From contig CM119263.1 of NCBI GenBank assembly GCA_051294375.1, positions 28,257,634 through 28,316,163 of the forward strand: DNA of 58,530 bases. Reading direction: 5' to 3'. Shown piece after piece: positions 13,808-25,215 of this stretch. Origin of the DNA: Paraspadella gotoi (Eukaryota; Animalia; Chaetognatha). Every line of letters starts with the position of its first letter. Position 1 is the stretch's first letter. The notes under the pieces are model-generated. The model worked only from the letters and a program-made list of their open reading frames with translations. It did no database searches and had not been told where the DNA came from. The translations under genes and the position numbers were made by a program.

Positions 13808-15515
13808 AATGCATTATTGTATTAAAATGGCATTAAAATAACAAGAATACGTAAGAGAAGGCATTTGATATAACAAAGGGCTCAGTGTTGCCTGATATTC
13901 AATTTCTCTCTTTCTTTCTCTATTTCTTTCTTTCACTATTTCTATCTTTCACTCTTTCTTTCTTTCTTTCTTTTTTATATCCCTTTTTCTTTTAATCTCA
14001 TTTTATTTTCCTTCTCAATTTTCTCTTTTGTCTCTCTTTCGAATCCCATCAAGAGTTTATGTATCCTAATGTTTAGTCTCTGCCGCTTACGCAGCCGCCG
14101 CCGCCGGGGACACTTCCGCAGCAGCCTGCCGCTTCCTCCACCTGTATCTTCGCCTAATGCGTCAATTTGTTTCGCTCTCGTCGACGCCGAAGCTTTTGTG
14201 TCATATTCTGTTTTCCTTGACAACGTCTCGCTGTCAAACAGAACCGGAAGTGAGAGAGAGAGAGAGGAGATTGAGAGAGAGAGAGAGAGTAGAGAGAGAG
14301 AGAGAGAGAGAAGAGAGAAGAGACGAGAGAGAAAGAGAGAGAGAAAAAGAGAGAAAGAGAGAGAGTTCCCACTGGTCTTATCATTTGACGCAAAAAAAAT
14401 TGTTTACGTTTTGTTTTGTCTTTTTGCTCAGAGAAAAAAAACAACAGAAAGTGAATTGAGAAAACCAGTGGCTACGCCAATGTCTGTGAGTCGCTTTCGT
14501 TGGTTAATAGTAAACCGTTACGGCTGTTAAAAGCGAGAGTAGAATGTGAAGAAACCTAAATACTATAAACAAAAATAGTTTGAGAAATTATTTAGCAAAC
14601 TTTACAATTAACAACAACATGATCAAATAAGCGCTTTCATCTGAAATTTGTCCTCGCTACTATAATATAGTCTATATGCAGTTAGTCTATTATTAAAAAT
14701 ATTTCTTAAATGGCTAAGATTTAAATCGACAAATTTTTCTCAAATGCCAGGTTGGGGTTGTGGAGGGAAGAATGGTGAGATATAGAACGAGGTTGTAATA
14801 AATTTGGTGAGAGTGTGGTGAAGATGAGTGGATTGGTCGAGGATAAAGAATTCGAGATGAGATGAAAAGTAATACGGAAATATTTAGGAAGTGATATCTG
14901 AGTGATGTAATATCGCTACCAGTGGAGTACGACTGTTCCTTCATATTTTTCAGCACTGGCTAAAGCTTCCTTCTCTTAATCAGATCGCGACTCAGCTTCG
15001 AACCAGTTGGAGATGGGTGCCTTGCAAAAAGATTTCAACTGTATCCGTGATCACAAAAGTTACGGAAAAGCAATGCGATTTCAACATTCAGAGGATCCGT
15101 AAGACCTTTCTTTCCTCACGTTCACATCAGGTTCACGGAATCGAAACCGTTTTAAAGAAAAATAAATTACCCTAGAATAAAGAGAAGAGAAAACTTTCCC
15201 TTCGAATTTTTTTCGTCCCTTACTTTCCTCCACCTTTCCCTCCCAGCGGAGTGCGGCAGCTGCTTGAACTTACTCGATACGAAAGTCGACTAATCCACTT
15301 CTTTCCTGACTTAGTACGACCGTTGTTCTTCCGGTGAATGAAAGATGGGCGTCTTCGATTTACTTACTCCCTGGTCTCATCTTTACACCGCTTACCCGAG
15401 AACTTACTTCGCTTTATTTCTCAACCTTGAAATCTGACTTTATTTTTCATCTTAATATTATTCTCTCTTTCCTCCCTTCTTCTTTTTTCTTTTTTAATTA
15501 TTCTATTTAATATTC

Positions 15516-15625
15516 TTTTTTTAGTTGCGCCGCGAGTTCTCGCGGAGCAACTCTATAGTCACTTTCGGATCGGTCTATCGTGTCTATCGGTCGTATATCT
15601 GTCCGTCTGTCTGTCCCACTCACGT
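15516..15625 (+). mobile_element. HINE/DINE-1-like (Helentron-associated) element 5' end
   Basis: T-run + AG, subterminal hairpin AGTTGCGCCGCGAG-TT-CTCGCGGAGCAACT (15523-15552), CTCTATA, then a GTCC/GTCT microsatellite: the characteristic layout. Inverted copy at ~20241-20316. Confidence 0.5.
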
Positions 15626-16578
15626 AAAAATTTTCCTAAAAATTTGCCTATACTAGTTGGTTTGTTCATTTGTTAAATCAGGAAAAATATCAAATCTAAG
15701 TGACTACTAGCGCCGCCTTCAGGAAATTCTAAAACAATAAAAAAGATTCCGATGCAGTGCTTGGTCATAAATACACAGGCTAAGAAAGTTATTTGTAGTC
15801 ATTCAGACATGTCATGTTACGTATGTCATGTAACGACGAAAACAAACGTGATAAGGCAGTCACTGCGCCACAACATATTAGGATATTACCGCTTTCTCCT
15901 TGAAGCCTTTTCCCTTTTTATACTCCGAATTTTTCATAACGTACATAATTTTCTATTTTAATTTATAATTTATTTATTCGCGTTCTTTTCTATTCTTCTT
16001 TATTTTTTATTTTCTACCTTCCTCTATCCTTTCTTCCATCTTTCCTCCCTACCTCTCCCCTTTCCTCCTTCCCAGACTTGCCAGGTGCGAACCTTCTTTC
16101 AAGGTCTTTACCTCAAACTTCTTCGCATTTTAGCGTTTTTAGCGAAATTTCTCAAGGATGCGCATATAAGGCAGGAATTTACGTAATGCAGATTTCGTGG
16201 ACAGCGTAATTTCGAAATATCTAAAACTAAAACACTGACATTTTAAGATTATTAAAGTTAAGTTTGCTAGCCTCGTCAATCATTAAGCGTCTTAATTGGC
16301 AAAGACTTGTGTTTTGTTTTTAAAGCGGTTAATCGCTGTAGTATATTTCTGTGCATGGGCATAGTGTACGCGTCGTGAGATAATGGATTAATGCATTAAT
16401 TTATTTTATTTTAGAATGATTTTGATGTATGCTAACGATTTGAGAAGTCCCGGTAGGTAGTGATAGTGACAGTGAGGTTGTCTTGATAAGTGATTTAAAG
16501 AATGATTGCAACATTAACATTAAAATTAACAATTTATTTTAAATAGTAGCTTTTATCGTTTATTACCTACAATTTACA

Positions 16579-16805
16579 ACTGAAGAGACAGTAATTATTG
16601 TTATGTGTTAGTGACAGAACCGCAAATATGCAGTCCTGACTTCGGATCAGGCTGTAACACCGGTACAGCGGTTAAGCGCCCGTCCTTTTACTACAAGGCG
16701 CCACCGGGCTAGACCACGGACCTTTGGGTTGGGAGGCGAATGACTTGCCTCCGCACCATGGCCGCTGATGAACGGTTAAGTTGATTTTAGTCCACTAATA
16801 ATATA
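16579..16805 (-). mobile_element. Short interspersed element with a tRNA-like core (present in this arm, absent from the other)
   Basis: The minus strand has GGCCATGGTGCGGAGGCAAG...CGCCTCCCAACCCAAAGGTCCGTGGTCTAGCCCGG (A-box-like and B-box-like motifs). The empty site is at ~19455 in the right arm, and a related copy lies at 53784-53933. Confidence 0.6.
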
Positions 16806-16933
16806 TTTGTATGATACATTTAATATATCATACATAATATGTCGCGGTCTTGGAACTAAACGGATTTTCGAGGCAAAGAAAAAAAGGAAATTTGCGTGAA
16901 TTAATATTCATGAGTCAAGAAAAACTTGTTTTG

Positions 16934-17224
16934 TTTTAAGATGCGTTAACGCATTTCATTAGGAGAGTTTTCGGTCCGTTGATCGCTTGGTTATTCATTT
17001 CTTTACTCATCAGCTTAGTCGCTGTCAAAGTCCTCGAGATAAGTTAAGTATTATCATTTATTAAATTGAAAAAGAGATTTAATTTTGTTGCGTCGAATAC
17101 ATTGTGTGTTGCGAAACAGAAAAGCTTTTTTTAACCGCCATTTTGAAATCACTGCGAAAGATGTCATTATAAATCTCAATGGAACTAGACGCAACGCGCT
17201 GTAAAATCCGTTTCTCTCATTTTC
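16934..17224 (+). mobile_element. Second HINE/DINE-1-like element
   Basis: TTTTAAG-ATGCGTTAACGCAT (perfect palindrome 16941-16954)-TTCATTAGGAGAG...CGGTCCGTT; 3' AGACGCAAC motif near 17187. Confidence 0.4.
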
Positions 17225-17229
17225 AATCT

Positions 17230-17837
17230 TTATACTCGTTCGTCTTCGTCTTTGTCATCGTCAACGTCTTCGTCATTGACTTCGTTATTGTCATCTTTGT
17301 TAATTCCTCCGTCTTTGTCATCATTACCGTCTTCATCATCGTCTGCGTCATCATCATCGACTTGATTATTCAGCATCTTCGTCAATGTATTCGTCTTCAT
17401 CAGCTGGACGTTCGTCATGCGTCTTCCTCATCTATCTTGTCATTGTCATCTTTATGCAATCGTCATCTTTATCATCCTCATCTTTATCAATTTATGTCAT
17501 CGCATCGCTCATCGTCATCATTTCATCTGTCTTTGTCATTCTCTTCGTCGTCTTTAGTCGTCGGTCATTCTTCTTTCCTGTCATCGCGCATGCGGCCCCC
17601 TGTACTCCAACGCCATCTATCATCCCAGCACGTCCACCTTAACGAGCCATCGACGCGAGGTGGCGTGCGAACTCTTCGCAGTCATCTCCGAGATTCCCGC
17701 TTCATCAGTGAAGTGTCAACAATCGTGAATCATCCTGAAATCATTGAATCAAGTTTCATTCTGTCTTATTCTATATTACGTTCGTGTCCCTCATTCTCCA
17801 TTCTCTCTCTCTCGTCTCTCGCTCTCTCTCTCCATCT

Positions 17838-17875
<38 letters not shown>

Positions 17876-17953
17876 CTCTCCTCTCTCGCTTCTCTTCTTT
17901 TTTTTTACACTCACTCAGTCACTGCACTTACTCTCTATCTATCGCCTTTCTCT

Positions 17954-18010
<57 letters not shown>

Positions 18011-18095
18011 GCTCTCTCTCTCTTTTTTTTTTTTTACACTCACTCAGTCACTCACGTTACTCTCTATCTATCGCTCTCGCTCTCTCTCTCTCTCT

Positions 18096-18142
<47 letters not shown>

Positions 18143-18150
18143 GCTCTCCC
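17230..18150. repeat. Degenerate (TCA/TCG)n followed by (CT)n with a short internal duplication
   Basis: TCATCG-rich 17230-17590. CT runs 17800-18140 contain two copies of TTTTTTACACTCACTCAGTCACT..TTACTCTCTATCTATCGC. Confidence 0.8.
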
Positions 18151-18762
18151 GCCCCTCCTCCTACTCCCCCATCCCACCCTCTCACTCACGCCTGACGTCT
18201 CGAAACCCTTATCTATCAGGCGCCTGGGGGCCTCTTCAGGCCTGGCCTCGAGCGTCGGCCTCTCGCCAACGGCAGACATTGGCCTCGACTCTGTCTTAGG
18301 AGAGGTGGGGCGCGGGCGGGGCGAAAAGAAGTTTGGAGAGGGAGGGAGAGGTGGGGCGGGGTGGAAGAAGGTGGGGAGAGGGAGGGAGAGGAGGGCGGGC
18401 AAAGAATAACACTTTGAGCATTCCTAGAAAATATCTTATGGGTGGCATTAAAAAGTAATGAATAATGAATATGAATAAGTGTCCGAGGGAAAGAGGATGG
18501 ATGGATGGAAGATGAACGGACGGATGACAGAGAGATAGATCGGGAAATTGATTGAATGGATGATAAATTTATAGACACATGGCATGGATGGATAGATGCA
18601 ATGGATCTATAGAAGGATATTCGAGTAGAGAGAGAAAAACTTATTTCTATGCAGAGATAAATGAGAGGAGAAATCTTTTTTTTTTGTCGTATTTTATATT
18701 TCTCCTCTGTCATTTCTGATATTGATCTGCCGAGCATTGTCATCTATATTGAAGAGAGATGG

Positions 18763-18813
<51 letters not shown>

Positions 18814-19036
18814 TGAGAGAGAGAGAGAGGGAGAGATATACAATAACTTACAAAAACAAATAAACGCCCTCGGAAAACAAATTCGTGCGTAACAAAATGG
18901 GAAAAAATTATGACTCAGATATCGATGAAAGTGTTCATAAAACAAAATAAAATAACAAACTAACCAAAAAAATTCCATTTTTTCCATCAAAAATACTTGA
19001 AAACATCAAATNNNNNNNNNNNNNNNNNNNNNNNNN

Positions 19037-21062
19037 GAAAATGAGAGAAACGGATTTTACAGCGCGTTGCGTCTAGTTCATTGAGATTTATATGACATCT
19101 TTCGCAGTGATTTCAAAATGGCGGTTAAAAAAAGCTTTTCTGTTTCACAACACACAATGTATTCGACGCAACAAAATTAAATCTCTTTTTTCAATTTAAT
19201 AAATGATAATACTTATACTTATCTCGAGACTTTGACAGCGACTAAGCTGATGAGTAAAGAACTGAATAACCAAGCGATCAACGGACCGAAAACTCTCCTA
19301 ATGAAATGCGTTAACGCATCTTAAAAACAAAACAAGTTTTTCTTGACTCATGAATAGTTATATGCACGCATTTCCTTTTTTTTCTTTGCCTCGAAAATCT
19401 GTTTAGTTCCAAGACCGCGACATTATGTATTAATATATGTAAATGTATCATACAAAGTATGTAAATTGTAGTAATACACGATAGAAAGCCTCTGATTTTA
19501 AAATAAATTGTTAATTTAATGTTAATGTTGGCAATCATTCTTTAAATCAAATGGATCAGAGACTGCGAGTCACACTCACTGTCACTGATCATACCACCGT
19601 TGACTCTCCGTTAGCTTAATGATTGACGGGGGCTTAGCAAAGTTAACTTTAATAATCTTAAAATGTCAGCGTTTTAGTTTTAGATATTTCGAAATTACGC
19701 TGTCCACGAAATCGCATTACGTAAATTCCTTGCCTTATATGCGCATCCACTTGAGAAATTTCGCTAAAAACGCTAAAATGCGAAGAAGTTTTGAGGTAAA
19801 GACCTTGAAAGAAGGTTCGCACCTGGCAGTCTGGGAAGGAGAAAGGGGAGAGGTAGGGAGGAAAGATGGAAAGAAGGATAGAGGAAGGTAGAAATTAAAA
19901 ATAAGAGAAGAATAGAAAAGAACGGAATAAATAAATTATAAAATTAAATAGAAAGTTATGTACATTATGAAAAATCGGAGTATAAAAAAGGGAAAAGGCT
20001 TCAAGAGCGGTAATTCAAATATGTTGTGGCGCAGTGACTGCCTTATCACGTATGTTTCTCGTTACATGACATGACTGAATGACTACAATAACTTTCTTAG
20101 CCTGTGTATTTATGACAAGCACTGCATCGGAATCTTTTTTATTGTTTTAGAATTTCCTAGTAGTCACTTAGATTTGATGTTTTTCCTGATTTAACAAATG
20201 AACAACCAACTAGTATAGGCAAATTTTTAGGCAAAATTTTCACGTGAGTGAAAGAGACCGACCTTAAAGTGATTTATAGAGTTGCTCCGCGAGTACTCGC
20301 GGCTCAACTAAAAAAAGAACATTAAAAAAGAAAAAAGAAGGAAGGGAGGAAAGAGAGAATAATATTAGGATGACAAAATAAAGTCAGATTTCAAGGTTGA
20401 GAAATAAAGCGAAGTAAGTTCTCGGGTAAGGGTGTAAAGATGAGACCAGGAGTAAGTTAAATCGAAGACGCCATCTTTCATTCACCGGAAGAACAACGGT
20501 CGTACTAAGTCAGGAAGTGGATTAGTCGACTTTCGTATCGAGTAAGTTCAAGCAGCTGCGCACTCCGCTGGGAGGGAAAGGTGGAGGAAAGTTAGGGACG
20601 AAAAAAATTCGAAGGGAAAGTTTTCTCTTCTCTTTATTCTAGGGTAATTCATTTTTCTTTAAAACGGTTTCCGATTCGTGAACCTGATGTGAACGTGAGG
20701 AAAGAAAGGTCTTACGGATCCTCTGATGTTGAAAGTCGCATTGCTTTCCGTAACTTTGGATACGGATACAGTTGAATCTTTTTGCAAGGACCATTCCTAC
20801 TGGGGGTAGAAGCTGAGTCCATTGGATTAAGAGAAGAAGCTTTAGCCCAGTGCTAATAGAAGGAACAGTCGTATCCAACTGGTAGCGATATTACATCACT
20901 ACAAATCACTTCCTAAATATTCCGTACTTACTTTTCATCTCATCTCGATTCTTTATCCTCGAACCAAATCTCACTCATCTTCACCACACCTCACCAAATT
21001 TATCACAACTCGTTCTATATCTCACCATTTCTTCCCTCCGTGTTACAACTTACCCAACCTGG
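19037..21062 (-). repeat. Right arm of the inverted duplication (starts at a 25-N gap)
   Basis: Reverse complement of 14748-17224, lacking ~16579-16805, ~16290-16430 and smaller segments. Confidence 0.9.
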
Positions 21063-21952
21063 TCCGACCTCGTCTTACCTCACCCAGTCCTTCCTCGCCT
21101 CAAACCGCAGCGTAAAAATTCGCCGAAGGAGGAAACGATGAGAATTTTTTTTTTTAATGCACGAGTGGAATAATTACCAATTTTTCAAATGATATCATTT
21201 GGCATTCTTCAAACTGAATGCTATAATGAAAATAATTTTCTTAATGATATTTAAAACTGTTTGAATAAAAATTAGTGATCGTTAAAATATTCGTACGAAT
21301 CAACAGTGGACCTAAGTTAAAATGGATGCGATAGCAGCCGCAGATTCGAGATTGGCACGGCGACACGCCGCCTGCCGACGCTGAGCTCGTTATTTAAAAA
21401 CACTTTAGTTTCGCCAGGATGAAAAACAACTTTGTTCCGTGGTTAGCTCAGTTTTTATTTCTCAGTAGTGTTTATTTTCTAGCGAGCTTTCTATGGATTT
21501 CTTTTATCCCTGGGGTCGTGTTTTAACTAGCTTTGCTAATTAAGCTTTATACCTGAAACAAGAATAGAGAGAAAAATACATTAGTACACTTTAATTTATT
21601 ATTAACTTACTTTTTAAATGGACGTTCAATGCCACAGACTTTATGCATAACAGATAATCAAGACATAAAAATCAATTAATAACTGGCTAAGAATTTAACA
21701 GTACAATCAAGCTATCCCTACTACAAAACCTTAGTACTATTTATTTTTCTACTTAGATATTACCATACTTTTTTGACCAGACAATGTCACTTTGGAAGCA
21801 AACAATATTTTAATATCTTTAAACCTTAATATTTTAGGCTCCTTTAGCCCTCTGAAAGGCAAGACTCCTTGTTCCGTCCACTAATTCCTTCCAGGTCCCT
21901 TCAGTTGCTAAGGCCTCCAGGCCTTTCCCGTCAGCACTCTGGCAAGGACCCT

Positions 21953-22138
21953 TTATTTTTTGGACTATTGTCAGAGTTTTTAAACCACTTCTTATTTTTC
22001 TGACTATTGTTCAGAGTTTTTTAGCCACCTCTTTTTTTTCTGACTATTGTCAGAGAGTTTTTAGCCACCTTCTTGTTTTTTCTGACTATTGCAGGAGTAG
22101 TTTTTACCACCTTTTTATTTTTCTGACTATTGTCAGAG
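21953..22138. repeat. Minisatellite, ~38-bp unit x5
   Basis: Unit approximately TTTTTCTGACTATTGTCAGAGTTTTTAGCCACCTTCTT, containing the mini-hairpin CTGAC-TATT-GTCAG. Confidence 0.85.
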
Positions 22139-22311
22139 GGAGTCTAGCTTTCAAGGAGGGACGTATGTGACTTCCCCTTGATGCTCAGAAACGCTCTTGC
22201 TTTTATAGCCTCAAGTTGGTCACGTGACTAGATTAAGATACTTGCTTCTTAAAGAGCCAATTTTGCTTTCTTAAAGAGCCAAAATTTTGCTTTCTATTTG
22301 TTTACTAAAAT

Positions 22312-22670
22312 TATGCCCAAATAAGAAATATTTAGCTTTTCCCAAAGCTAATTGTCGTTTTTAAATGCCCAAATAACGGTAAATGTCTAGCTTTTCCCAA
22401 AGCTAACCATGCTCTAAAATGCCCAAATAAGGTAATATTCTAGCTTTCCCAAACTAACACCCTTTAAAAATGCCCCAAATAAGTAAATACTCTAGCTTTT
22501 CCCAAAGCTAACACGCCTTTAAAATGCCCAAATAAAGGAAATGTGGCTAGCTTTTCCCAAAGCTAATTTTGCTTTTCCAAAAGCTTACTGTTGTTCTTTA
22601 AAAATTTCCTAATAAGGTCATTTTTGCTTAACAAAAGCTAATATTGCGCATCCAAAATTGCCCAAATAAA
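22312..22670. repeat. Minisatellite, ~52-58-bp unit x6-7
   Basis: Repeated AAATGCCCAAATAA...CTAGCTTTTCCCAAAGCTAA. Confidence 0.85.
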
Positions 22671-23202
22671 TATGCGCGCAAAAACTCCGTTCGCTCTCTG
22701 CCATAACGTTAATGCTAGAAGATGGAATCTACTACGTACACTGCCCACGACGTGAAGAGGGAGCTATAGCTTTGTAGCTATGTTCCGAAAAGAAAGACAG
22801 AATGGAGCCATAGATTACGATTATAAATAGCAAGAAAGATTAATACTTAACGTAAATATTTTAACGTATTTATTTATTTTAACCTTTTCTACGCTAATAA
22901 TATCTTTTAACATAAAAAAGTCGTCCCACTACGTCTTTTTATATTACGATATTGTCTCTGACTTCAGAGGAACGCTGCCCAGATATCTTCTAAGTAAGAG
23001 AAGAATGGCAGCTATAATAAGAAAAAAAAAAGAAATCCTTTTAATGTTACCGATAATCTTTAGACAAATTGTGTTTATTCACTGTGAGCACTAAATCGCA
23101 AGCAATTTTCAAGATCTAGATGTTCTTTTTTAATGGCATACGCATGTTTAAAAACATTTTGACGATTATTTTTTTAAAAGAATAATATCGAATATATATC
23201 CG

Positions 23203-23325
23203 TTTCTTAAATCGGGCATCCCTGTTTTTATAGAACGTCCCTTTTGAATTAAATCGGGCATTTGTTTCTTAAATCGGGCATCCTCTTTTTCACTAAATCG
23301 GGGTTCCGTTTCTTAATTCCAGAAT
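23203..23325. repeat. Short tandem repeat of TTAAATCGGGCAT
   Basis: 4-5 degenerate copies. Confidence 0.7.
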
Positions 23326-23414
23326 CCTTTTCTTAGATGGAAAATGCTCTGGGCTCGAAGTGAAACTATTTGGACTTAAGACTTCATCCCCCTCCCACGC
23401 TTGGTTGCGCTATT

Positions 23415-23453
23415 TTTCTCTTCTTTCTTTCTTTATTTCTTTATTTCTTTATT

Positions 23454-23497
<44 letters not shown>

Positions 23498-23795
23498 TTT
23501 TTTTCTCTATTTTATAAATTATTCCTTAACTCACCTTTCATTTTTTCGATGGCTTTCTTGCTCTCTTTCCTATCTTTTTACTTTCTGGTTTCAATTTTAG
23601 CTTATTACTTATTTGTGCTCTTTTATGCTCTTTTTGTGCTTTTCTTTGACATTTTTTCTTTCAATATTCTCCCTTTTATTCTCCCACTTTTTCTCTTCAC
23701 CTTCGACGTCTTTCTTACGGACTCCGTTTCCATGTTTTTCTTGTGTCGCCTGCGCAAAACTTGAAAGAAGGTCGACTTAAGCAGAGAAAAATTAG

Positions 23796-23858
<63 letters not shown>

Positions 23859-24017
23859 AAAGAGAGGAGAGAGAAGAGAGAGAGAAGAGAGAGAGAGAGA
23901 GAGAAAGAGTGAGAGAGAGAGTTGATTTTCCCCGAGATTTCGTGCTCTTGTTTTTTCTCGAACACAATTTCAATCACCCCCTCACCCACTCCCCCGCCGT
24001 TTCACTCTCCACCGGGC

Positions 24018-24101
<84 letters not shown>

Positions 24102-24391
24102 GAGAACTAGGCGTCTGACGTTGCGAACTTTACTTTCATCGTTTGGTCTTAATTTTCGACGTCACTTAACGAGACTCACAGATCCATTTTTATCCACGTA
24201 AGGCCCTCGTAAAAAGCAAACATCGGGCAAAAGTAAGTTTTGGAAAAAAACTCACCCGGGGAGGAGGAATGTCAAGGCGACGAATGATGAGGAGGAGGCG
24301 GAGGAGGAGGAGGAGGTGAGGGGAGCCTTACCTTGTTCCGAATGGAAATAAAGAACGCAGGAGAGGATGAAATCTTTTTTTTGACGGGTTT

Positions 24392-24452
<61 letters not shown>

Positions 24453-24624
24453 GAGAGAGGAGAGAGAGAAGAGAGAAAGAGAGAGAGAGAGAAGGTTGGC
24501 TGGGGAGAAAAAGGATGAAGATTGAGCAAACTCACCCGAGGCTCGCGGCTGAATTTTCGTTTTCTCGCAGAGACAAACATTCAATTCCATTCGTTTTTAT
24601 ACTTTTTTTTCGCGTTCTTCCTCA

Positions 24625-24672
<48 letters not shown>
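23415..24672. repeat. Cluster of (TTTC)n, (AG)n and (CT)n microsatellites upstream of filamin
   Basis: TTTC 23415-23500; AG 23800-23920; CT 24019-24098; AG 24394-24492; CT 24627-24673. Confidence 0.85.
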
Positions 24673-24675
<3 letters not shown>

Positions 24676-25215
24676 TTTCGTTATTTTTGTTTTATAATTG
24701 GACAAAAAATTGTTAACGTCGTTGGAAACCAAAAAAATATTAAAAACAGTGTTTTGTTTAAGGATTTAATTTTATGATATTTGTTCTTAATTGAAAACGG
24801 TTACCGTTTTATGTTTTTGTCTACGATTTAAAATATTTTTGTTAAAAACATTTTTGTAATATTTTTTTTCGGCGTAATTTAATATCGATCGAAATTTTTC
24901 TTCTTTTGCCCCAGGATTCGAAAATCGTTGCAATGAGTCAGGAAAGTTGTAAGAGGATCGCAATGGAACGAAAGTGCAGTTCCAATTAAAACTGATAAAA
25001 ATAGATTTATGGGAGAAACAAAAGGATTTAATCAAAGTTGAACCGTCATTGATAAAAAAAAAAAANNNNNNNNNNNNNNNNNNNNNNNNCTTTAAACTAC
25101 ATCTAGAATATTGATCGAAAGGAACAAACCAACCCGCCAGCAAGAACAATGGGTAACTCTCTGTCTCACTAAACTTTCTCCTTTTTCTCGATCGTTATCT
25201 TTCTCAAACCAAAAA

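Larger units (their letters stand above)
14748..17224 (+). repeat. Left arm of a ~2.0-2.5 kb inverted duplication
   Basis: Reverse complement of 19037-21062. For example, 17130-17224 matches 19037-19130, and 14748-14830 matches 20975-21062. Confidence 0.9.
21433..22708 (-). mobile_element. Solo-LTR-like / promoter-like repeat block
   Basis: On the minus strand: ~55-bp tandem repeats, GTCACGTGAC palindrome (22219-22228), TATAAAA (22207-22201), ~38-bp tandem repeats, AATAAA and an end ...CCACGGAACA. No convincing TSD was seen. Confidence 0.3.

Noticed and set aside
17179-18409. 338-aa and 221-aa ORFs
   Set aside because: They are translations of TCA/TCG and CT repeats that lack stop codons.
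21953-22670. CRISPR-like repeat arrays
   Set aside because: The units repeat in full without unique spacers, the context is eukaryotic and there are no cas genes; these are minisatellites.
25111-25215. N-terminal extension of the filamin ORF from a TTG start (likewise 36880-36924)
   Set aside because: Non-ATG starts come from the ORF caller; good-context ATGs lie at 25216 and 36925/36949.
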